NCBI GenBank assembly: GCA_951406725.2
Contig: OX597814.1
Coordinates: forward strand, 121,768,001 to 121,832,000
Origin: Octopus vulgaris
Taxonomy: Eukaryota
Direction: 5' to 3'
Length of the DNA: 64,000 nt
This document shows, one piece after another, positions 53,638-64,000 of this stretch. Both the position numbers and the translations under genes were made by a program. Below the pieces are notes generated by a model that was not told where the DNA came from, made no database searches, and saw only the letters and a list, made by a program, of their open reading frames with translations. Each line of letters opens with the position of its first letter. The first letter of the stretch is position 1.

Positions 53638-53956
53638 AATTGTCTCGTAATGATTATATAAATTAGACATACATCTCAGATATTGGTATTGCTTCTAGAA
53701 GAATGTCACAAACACGTGCACAACCGAGGTAGAGTGAATTCGAATCGAAGCAACTTCAAAGTTTCTCGATTAAACTGCTTTAAGAACACCCAGAACTGAA
53801 GGCCTTCTGTAACACAAGAACACCACAGCTCTCAAATAAACTAAAATTTAATAACTTTAGTGTTTGTCAAAATCCAATGTACGTATAGTTTGATGAGGAA
53901 TGTAGAAACTATATAAACTGTGTAAACTCAAAATACAGCAAATATACACCAAATAT

Positions 53957-54272
53957 TTCTTATTTATGCGCCCTTTTCAACCCTAGCCAAGCTCATGGGC
54001 CCGGTTTCTCGGTTTCTGTGGTGTATGTGTGCCCCCCCCCCCCTGGATGGGAGGCTAGTCAATCGCAGTGTTACTCAAGAAACAGGAATAAAGAGTGAGA
54101 GAAATTTGGGGCGAAAGAATACAACAGGAGTCGCCACCAACCCCTGCCGGAGCCTCGTGGAGCTTTAGATGTTTTCGCTCAATAAACATACACAACGCCC
54201 GGTCTGGGAATCAAAACCGCGATGCTCCGACAGCGAGTCCGCTACCCTAACTACTAGGCCATTGCGTCTCCA
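53957..54272 (-). mobile_element. SINE family C, tail type 1
   Basis: Homologous to 24997-25312; TSD acaccaaatat. Confidence 0.85.
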
Positions 54273-55007
54273 CACCAAATATACTATCCTGTAAGTTAAA
54301 CTTCATTTAATCCTTTAATAAAGTTTCAGTAAAACTATTTCCACATCCACACATATAGATATATGTAGGATTAAGGAATCTGTATTTCTAACATTGTCCA
54401 GTTAATACATTTATCAACATATAAAACTGATTTATCACTTTCTAGCTGCGGTGCAATCCTTCATCAATCATACAGATCTGTTGAAGGTGCCAACAAGAAG
54501 AGACAACAGGGATATCTAAGTGAATTTATAAATTGAATAGTAATATCCATCAAATTCCAGTGAACGTATCGAGCGATGTGGTGGATTCACCTGAAATGTT
54601 TGAAGACATGCATTCTCCATTCCCTTCTGGTCAAGCTCTCAACACCTTATTTCAGTACTTCTTGAGGGGAAGAGGAATGTAGTAGAGATGCTGATAAGAC
54701 AGTAATCGCTCGATTTCGCTCCTGAGGTTTAATTTATGGATTAAATAGTAACGTTTTGAAACGATGTCCAGGCATGCTTAAGAAAACAATATCTTATCGT
54801 TTTCTTTTGTTTGTTCTTTTTGTGTATATTATATTAGTTTGTTATGTTATTGTAACGATAATGATGATCGGTCACATATAAGTATTTAATCCTGCAATTA
54901 AAGTTGCCTGGTCCTGAAATGGTTCGATGTTTATAGTGTTTTTGTTATTGTCGTTGCTGATGTTGGTGGTGATAGATAGACAGACAGACAGAAATACAGA
55001 CAGTAGT

Positions 55008-55435
<428 letters not shown>

Positions 55436-55547
55436 CGATGTGATGGACAATTTTAAATTATAGTAGTAGAGCTATTTTAAAATAAAGAGGTTTCCTCTTT
55501 CTGCAATATTACGCCAAAGTATATATAATGCGCATATGTGTCATGAT

Positions 55548-55616
<69 letters not shown>

Positions 55617-55620
<4 letters not shown>

Positions 55621-55800
55621 TAATCCAAACAAGAAAACACAAAAAAACACAACAACGCGAAGACGTGGAACAAATATAGTATTATTGGACGCTCCGGAAA
55701 GAAGGGAAGAAGGAGGGTTTAACGTTTCGAGCGGAGCTCTTCGTCGGAAACATAGGAGAAGGAAAGATCCCGAGAAGGGAAGACAGAGGAAATACATGCA
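55617..55800 (-). mobile_element. Penelope-type short element next to (TA)n with CCGACGA-core hammerhead motif
   Basis: Minus strand gttt-CCGACGA-a gagc tcc gctc-GAAACGTT-aaac at 55717-55751. Confidence 0.65.
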
Positions 55801-56645
55801 TACACACATTTTCACTTCTCTATGGCAATGTTAGGGTTTATATTTATCTGCTACATACTCGGTGCTGCTGTCACTAACAAAACATCGCGTGTTTTCGTCA
55901 TCTATTTTGCAACCGTTCATCCATTTGTTCTTCAGAATGTCTTGCAGAATTAAGAATGTTTTGCCCCAAATGGATCGATTATATGTAGCATATGGAATTA
56001 TGTCGCTACTTTTTATTTCTCCATGGTTAAAAATCTCATTATAACCAAGCATGCTTGTAAATATCGTACAGTCCCAATGGTAACCGATATAAAGCCTTAA
56101 GTTTATTTTGTATTCTTCAGATGTAGAAATTACTTCACTCATCTATGCATATCATCGTTCTATGGCATCTATTAAAGGAAATTCATGTAAAAGACAAAAT
56201 GCATGTATGAATGTGTGTGTGTGCGTATGACTATTATTTATGATAGCATTCATCTATTTATCTACTAATTTATACATTCCAAGATTCTGCCGAGGTCGAC
56301 CTCCCCTTTCATTCTTTCACGGTCGATAAAATAAATACCAGTTGGGTTCAGGAGTCGGTGTAATTGACTAGACCCCCTCTTCTGACCTTGTTGACCTCGT
56401 AACAAAATGTAAAACCAATACTTAATAGTCAGAATAAGAAAACAGATAAGTTAAAACACATTTCACTTGATTAATTCGTAATACAATAAACACAAGTTTT
56501 ACATCATTCTAAATGGAAACTTTTTTACTCCTTTTCGTGTTTCAGCATGTAAGATCTGGCCATGCTGTGACACCACCGTTGTAAAATATTGGGAAAAATT
56601 TAACAAAGCGGATACAAAAGAGCATACATATATACACACTCACAC

Positions 56646-56722
<77 letters not shown>

Positions 56723-56819
56723 GCATATATATATACATATATATTCATATATATATATATGACTTGAATTGAACCGATTTCAGCTCATGAGTCCTCGCCA
56801 TGTTGGGGCACTGCCATTT

Positions 56820-57119
56820 GGCGTTGCTACATAACGTTAACTTCATTTTGGAACTTGACATTTGGTGCATGAGGGAGTTTGAGGCCGCTACCTTCATTTG
56901 CATTTCTTGTTGTGAAGTTGGTTCATCTGGGACTCATGACATTAAGAGATCAAGTTTCGTCTTGAGGACACCTACATCCATCCCGTGCAGGTCTCTCTTG
57001 TCCTTTGGGAGGCTACTGAAGAACTGTAGTCCTTTAAATCCCAGGCCGTTCCAACTTGTCTTATATTTTGATGGCAAACCTGGAACCATTGGCACTATGC
57101 AATGGAGCCCTGTTCTAGC

Positions 57120-57120
<1 letters not shown>
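56820..57120 (-). mobile_element. CR1/L2-like LINE ORF2 3' end
   Basis: GLQFFSSLPKDKRDLHGMDVGVLKTKLDLLMS.VPDEP...ASNSL C-terminal motif. Confidence 0.75.
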
Positions 57121-57189
<69 letters not shown>

Positions 57190-57565
57190 CATTCTTATAG
57201 ATACAAAGTGCTAAGATATTCTACATAAACATGTCGTATAACTGCATTACGATTATTCCGGTACAAATACATTTTTATATTTTCAACATTTTATGAACGT
57301 ATCAACACAATGATACTACAAATAAACTCCATAGTACTGTTATGATCAAAGAATGTTTATACCACTCTGGGTTGCTTATATATTTAGATATCTTGAAATC
57401 TAACACAAATACATACATGTAACAATATTTATATTTCATGTGTTTTATTTTTCCGTTTTCCATTGAATTATTTTTTTTAAATAAAAATTATTTAGATTAG
57501 TTATTTTTCTTCTAAGACAGATTGATAATTTCATAAGCTATTACATTTTTTTAACAACAGTCACC

Positions 57566-57604
57566 CTTCTTCGTCTTCTTCTTCTTCTTCTTCTTCTTCT
57601 TCTT

Positions 57605-57699
<95 letters not shown>

Positions 57700-58216
57700 T
57701 TTCACTGTCTCCTTTCACCTCCTCCTTCTTATGTTTCTCTTCTTTCTCAACATCCTCTTCTTTTTCTTCTTCCTCGCTATCATTATCATCATCTTTTCTT
57801 CTTCTTCTTCTTCTTCTTCTTCTTCTTCTTCTTCTTCTTCTTCTTCTTCTTCTTCTTTTCACTGTCTCCTTTCAACTCCTACGTCTTTTTTTCTCTTTCT
57901 TCTCATCCTCCTCTTCCTTCTTTCTTTCCTCGCTATCATCACCATCATCATCATAATCATCCTTTTCTTCTTCACCCTCTTCATATTCTTCTAATTCTTC
58001 TTCTACTTCTTCTTTCTCCTCTTTTCGCTCTTAGACACTTATCACCAACCTCATATTCATCATCATTCTCTTCTTTTTCTTTTTCATCTTCTTCTTCTTC
58101 TTCCTCTTCATTTCACTGTCTCCGTTCACCTCCTACTACTTATTTTTCTCTTCTTTCTCATCATCCTCTCCTTTCTCCTCCTTCCTCGATATCATCATCT
58201 TCATCATCATCACCAC

Positions 58217-58267
<51 letters not shown>

Positions 58268-58345
58268 TTTCTTCTTCCTCATCCTCCACTGAACTCCAAT
58301 CTCACCCTCCTCCTCCTCGTCATCATTGTCGTCATCCTCATTATT
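57566..58345. repeat. compound (TTC)n(TTA)n(TCA)n region with a triplicated tttcactgtctcc unit
   Basis: Unit recurs at about 57700, 57857 and 58111. Confidence 0.85.
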
Positions 58346-58389
58346 ATCGCACTCAAGCTATTGCATATTCATTTAGTCAGAAAAGGTTC

Positions 58390-58790
58390 TATCTTGAAGT
58401 TTAGTCATAAACAAGTCTAGCAATTTTCCGCAGATCAACAAAGCTTTCCTCAATTCCAGTATAATTCAGTCTCTTAGGGACCAACTTTTGCGTTGTGCTA
58501 AACGTACCAATTGCCACAGAGACAGCATCTAGCTTTGTGGTCTTTAATCTCTTCCGCTCTCTAGTGATATCCAAATATTTCTTAATTTTCTTAATATAAT
58601 CCATTCAACTATCGCATAGGATTGTAAAGTGAACGATTTTACATTGTTCCTTCTTTCAGCCTTCTCTGATCGTAATTAGTTTCTTCAATTCAGTTGTATG
58701 TTCAATCTCCATGGGAAAATCCCATAAAATCTCATAGTTATTATTCACCTCGACTGCTTCCCACTCGCGCGCATACCACTTTTCGGTTGA
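58390..58790 (-). mobile_element. RLE-type LINE 3' fragment
   Basis: KIKKYLDITRERKRL...VSVAIGTFST...KRL..TGI...RKIARL resembles EKIEKYxDLxxE...PIVIGALG. Confidence 0.65.
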
Positions 58791-60404
58791 TTCAGACTAA
58801 GAGACCAAACCGAAATTATTATTTCTTTCTAAGATGGGAACAAGACCTGAAATTTGGGAGCGGAATGTAGTCGATACATCGACTTCAGTAACTGCAGAGT
58901 ACTTGTTTTATCGTCTTCGAAATAATGAAAAGCAATGTCGACCTTGGCCATATTTGAACGTAAAGACAGATCAAATGCTCTTATATATTCTGTCCGACAT
59001 GCTTAACAATATGTCGTTTGCAGTTACGTTCTGGGTTCAAATTGCGCCGTGATTCACTTTACGCTTCATCCTTTAGAGGCTGATAAGATAAGCACCAAGT
59101 GAGCAGTTGGGATGATCTACTTGACGTACACCTCCCCTTCAAATGCTGGCGTTATGTCAACATTTCAAAACCGTATTATTAATCGATAATGAGTTATTCA
59201 TATATGTTTTCAAATTGTTCTTCAAAGCTTTAGATTCTAACAGATGTCCGTTTCACGAAAAAATAACTTTGAGGTATTCATATTCACATTACGCCATAAT
59301 AGAGTTTGAGAACAGTTGTTAGTTTTTGAATAATTATATATTTTTCTCTCTTTACATATTTTGATATTCCTCTTCAAATTTAACGTGCTGATAGATGACG
59401 CGCGCTTTTGAAAGAATAATATCAAACAGAGAAAAGATGCTTCTAAACAGAAACAAACAAAATATAGAACAGTTTAATGACCACACAAATATACAAATTG
59501 TAAAAAACGAAAACAAATAATAACATTTCAGTAAATACACGTAACGTTAAAAGACGTTTGACAATAACAATACCTTATACTTACTTGATTCAAGAAATAT
59601 GTGATGTATACAAAAATAATCTTATCGTTCCCCAGTTTACACAAAAAAGGTATTCTCTTCACACAACCCACTCAGGGAAAGGATAAATGCATGGGAGAAC
59701 TTACCCACGCGTTTATCCCTACAACAGAAGGGCAACAGCGTTGCAGGATGTAGCACTAAGTGCTTGAGAATTGAGTAAAATAACTCTTTTTCCCTAGCGC
59801 AAGGGTTTCTCTCTGTTCCTTCCAGGAAACAACTGCAGACAGCTGTTGCAGATTGGTTGGGCAACATCTCTCTTATACACATCGATAAATCGAATGGTGC
59901 TATATACATCATCTTCAAAACAGGAAACAGGTGAAAGCACAAGTAATGCGATTCCCACCCGTCTCTACACTATTTCTACAAAGTTTGCAGACGAAACAGA
60001 AAGGTCAGTATCCTGAGCAGCGGTTACTGATCAATCTCATCATACATTCTGGGAAGGTAGTTAGTGCTGATGAGACATTTGGGTATATTAGCTCTGACGA
60101 AGATCACATGGTTATACACATCTTTATGTCCCTGTAACACTCCAAAACAACGTCAGAGTTAAGAAGGCTTGGAATCGGAGCGTCTTGGACAGAAAGTCCA
60201 GTTTTTATATTAGTGGCCGTAAAAGCTATTTAAGTTTTGCGCAGAAGTTTGAGAAGAAGAAAAACAACACCAGCTACAAATCACGAAGCTTCTGCTATTG
60301 CTAAGGGTGGGAGTACATGGGTATCACGACCATTAATCCTTGGGTTCAATTCTCAGATATTCTGCTGTTGAGTACGGTACATTTCATTTTTTTTTTTTGC
60401 TTTG

Positions 60405-60574
60405 TTTCAGCTGAAATGAGGAACAATCGACCGCTAGAATAGCTTTCTATTCCGGGGGACAAGATTGCATAGGGCTGAGGTGTCTAGGTCTCTTCGTGAC
60501 TAACAGATACCAAGGCTACTAATGGAAGCAGGCCCTAACTACAAGGTCATACTCATTCGAGTGACCACTATGTG

Positions 60575-60614
<40 letters not shown>

Positions 60615-61690
60615 TATGTGTGTGAAGAGATTTAGAGAGAGAGAGAGACGGGGGCAATCCTATGCTAGGGTATACTCTACAATCACTGAAATACACACAC
60701 ATACACACATACACACACATTCACACATACACACACATGTGTATACTTACTCTCCTTCTTCTCTTCTCTGCCTTCTCTTAGAGACTATTCATGCATTCTT
60801 CAGCTTTCTCGCTCTCTTTATCTCTTTCTGTCCAGGAGTCAGTTGAAATGACACTTACAAAAAAAAAAAAAAAAGAAAAAGAAAAACAAATACTTACTGG
60901 CACTGCTAAGGTTATAGGCATCAGAAGTATCGATTATATCAACAGTTTCTTGAATTATCATATGATTGGCTTTCACGTTGGTTCGCATGGCATAGCGAAT
61001 AGCTGTGGTCAGTGAATCGGTGTCGAATATACCACCTGTATAACAGAAGGGAGTTTAATATTAGGTTTGAAAGATAACCTAAAATTAAAAGTCTATGAAT
61101 AGAAAAGAAATTACAAGAGTAGAGGAGAAAATATAACAGGCATATTTTGAAATATGTTTTTTTTTTAAACAGCGTTATTCGGAATATAGAGAATTTAAAA
61201 TGCATGCAATATGTAAGTTATTGGGAATTCTAGGAATGATAAGTATAAAGCTGCAGACGAACTGCATGGGCAAAACAATATTTTTGCACATATTTATGCA
61301 CAGAGTTCTTGATAAATTAATATTTTTCTTCTTTTTCATCGGTGCCGTCAAACATTTGGCAAAGAGTACTGTATGATACTTATTTTCATTTTACTCTACT
61401 TCGCTTCAGGTGAAATTGAGGAGCAATCGCCCGCTAGAGTAGCTTTCTATCCTTACAGCTGTCAAAACATTGATGTTCCCGGGGGACAAGATTGCATAGG
61501 GCTGAGAAGGTGTCTAGGTCTCTGCGTGACTAAGTGACACCGAAGCTACTAATGGAAGCAGCCCCCTAGCTACAAAGTCATACACTCATTCGAGTGACCA
61601 CTATGTGCATGTGTGTCTCTGTGTGTGAAGAGATTAAGAGAGAGACGGGGCCTCCTATCCTAGGGAATATTCTCATAGCACTGAAACACG
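60405..61690 (+). repeat. dispersed direct duplication of about 280 bp (60405-60695 vs 61405-61690)
   Basis: Shared ccgggggacaagattgcatagggctgag...gctactaatggaagcag...cattcgagtgaccactatgtgcatgtg. Confidence 0.9.
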
Positions 61691-62929
61691 AACCTTGTCT
61701 TTTAGGGTTTGATTATTTAAAACAACTTAGCTTTTTTATATAGGACCTAGGGTGACTTTTGGGGGAGAATTATTTTGGTATTTATTAGTGTTCTGGAAAG
61801 AAAATAGTACGACAAAGCAGTGCAAATATATTTCATCGGTTGCCTAAGACTTTTTTAATAGTTCAATGAAAATGTATTATCTTGGGTGACTGTGACTGTA
61901 CATCAAGGGACACAATTTCATTTCATCTTCGCCGTTCATCAGTTAACTTTTCTATTTTCTTCCCTGTCCATTCCTTGATATTGCACTCCATTAACTCTTA
62001 CGTGGTCTTTTAACAGGATTTTGTCCAAACATGGCTATATTCAGCAGTTGTGGAATGTACAGCGTCGTGGTTACATAGCCAAACATCTATATTTTTCTTC
62101 TTTTGCGAAACAAAAGAGATTTTTTCTTACCAACAATTTCTTTTCTGTATATGAAAGGCGAAAAAACTTTCTATAAGATTTCATTTCGCATGGAAGAATT
62201 TTCCTTCCATTTAACATCAAACATCCATAGTTATCACCCACAAAGTGCAGTTGAACGATTGCTATGATTAATGCAGTCTTCTTTTTCTTATTGTTGTTGT
62301 TTGTTTTTTATCACTTCCAACAATGTCTAATTTTGCTAAAACTACCATCGCTGCTTCAATGCGATGTTATTCCTCTTACTTTGATCTCGAATCTTTTGTT
62401 GTTCTTATCAAATATTTAAATTCCTCAACAAGTTTTTGTGTCTGCCCTGCTATTCTAATTGAATTAATGATCACCTTTTTCGTTTTACTCATTAGCATTA
62501 CTTTGCATATTTTTTTACATTTACTACCATTCCATATCTTCCTGAATTTTCACCAAGACGTGTTGTTTCATTTCTAAGTTTTTCTTCATTAAGTCCTATT
62601 AAATCAATTATCGACAGCTGAGGAAAATTCTATTATCCCGTACTTAATAAGTCTGCTTTCGTTTCATGATAACGATAATATTAACAATTGCTTCTAATTA
62701 AGGAAGTAGGCCAACAGCTTCGGGAGGCTGAGAGTTAGTCGATACTATCACCTTAACGTTTGATTGGCGCTTCATCTTATCACCCCTGAAAGGATGAAAC
62801 TTAAATTTAGCCATAGTGGGATCTGAACTCACTTCATAAAGACTGGATCAACTAGCAGTCATATTAACAATTCTTTCAACTGTAATCCCACAGTCTCGAA
62901 ATTTTAACGATTATCACTTTTAACGATTA

Positions 62930-63120
62930 TTTTCTATGATAGGCACAAAGCCTGAAATTTGTAGGGAAGGGTGATAGTTGGTTATGTCGACAGGTACTTG
63001 TTTCATCGACCCTGAAAGGATGAACGTTAAAGTTCGAACTTGGTGGCATTTGAACTCAGAACGTAAAGACTGACGAAATGCCGCTAAGCGTTCCAACGAT
63101 CTTGTCAGCTCGCTGCCTTA
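62930..63120 (-). mobile_element. degraded SINE family B (second degraded copy about 62690-62850)
   Basis: cgaccctgaaaggatgaa...tttgaactcagaacgtaaagactgacgaaatgccgctaagc. Confidence 0.7.
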
Positions 63121-64000
63121 AAGATTATGTTAATAGTAAAATCTAAGAAGCAAAAAAAGACTACTCGGTAGGTGGAAATATGAGGATGAAATAAATACCA
63201 GTCATATGTAGATCAGTTGGAACGATGACAACTCTCATATCTTTGGCGCTTTGCTCAATGTAGAAGTCAATGATAACACAGGCAAAATACCACAGTAGTG
63301 AGAGGATTGTTTTCATTCCAACTAGTCCATAATACTGAACAGGTGCTTATTTTTTTGCTTATTTTACTGACCTCCCTCACATGGCCAGATTGGAGTACGG
63401 CACAAAATGGGGCGTGACTAAATACCGCAAATCATTTTGTACTTAGTTTCTGTGGTGTGTTTTACTACAACAACAAAATTCAGTACAAATTCAACACAAA
63501 TCAGAGAGCTCTAAGGATCTATTAAGTTGACCACACATATATTATATTCAAAAATGTACATTACAAGATCTAGTTTCCTTCTTTTTTGCTTCAAAATACT
63601 TTATCAGTTGCCAGTCACTGAACTTCTTTTACTAAGCTCAAGATCTACATACGGATAGTGCTAACTTATTTGGCTATAATTCTATTATGCCTACGTTAAC
63701 TCAGTGGGAATCTGAGAGAGGATAAGTGGGTTAATTACACAATATATACCACATAACACTCTATGGTAAGTCTTAGATACGCACTATTTTTTCTCTAATT
63801 ACTTCCTCCCCACTAAATACGATAACTTACTTTCCCTGGTGTAGCATTCTTATCGTATCTCTCCTCCCAGAATCAACAACAAACATTTTACAATAAACAC
63901 TTTTCGGTCCTAGGAACGGAAGGCCCTGAAACTTGGAGTTCAAGCTGAAGAACGGTACTGATAAATGAATATTATGAAAAATAAAAAGGTAGCATCCGTG

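Noticed and set aside
60060-60110. CTGATGAG hammerhead core (also 19890, 40156, 47251, 61937)
   Set aside because: No properly placed stem II plus GAAA and NUH with stem I pairing.

Overview
AT-rich, microsatellite-dense animal genomic DNA. The tRNA-derived SINE families and (TA)n/(CA)n/(GATA)n density point to an octopus/coleoid cephalopod (inference). The window lies inside one large minus-strand gene for an AMPA-type (GluA/GRIA-like) ionotropic glutamate receptor. Five GT-AG exons with compatible phases (38266-38018, 29742-29549, 10996-10943, 3534-3376, 400-203) encode most of the amino-terminal (LIVBP-like) domain. No earlier exon was found in 38.3-64 kb; the ligand-binding and channel exons lie left of position 1. 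The introns hold SINEs, RTE, CR1-like and RLE-type LINE fragments, Helitrons, mariner/Tigger elements, minisatellites and a local duplication. The most unusual signal is a set of type I hammerhead-ribozyme motifs in small intronic elements: one with a canonical core inside a Tigger-like MITE, two elements with a CCGACGA variant core (one carrying it on both strands of a palindrome), and one at the tip of a rod-like fold-back. Several long imperfect hairpins would also make dsRNA in the receptor pre-mRNA. All folds were derived by eye; no searches were run.
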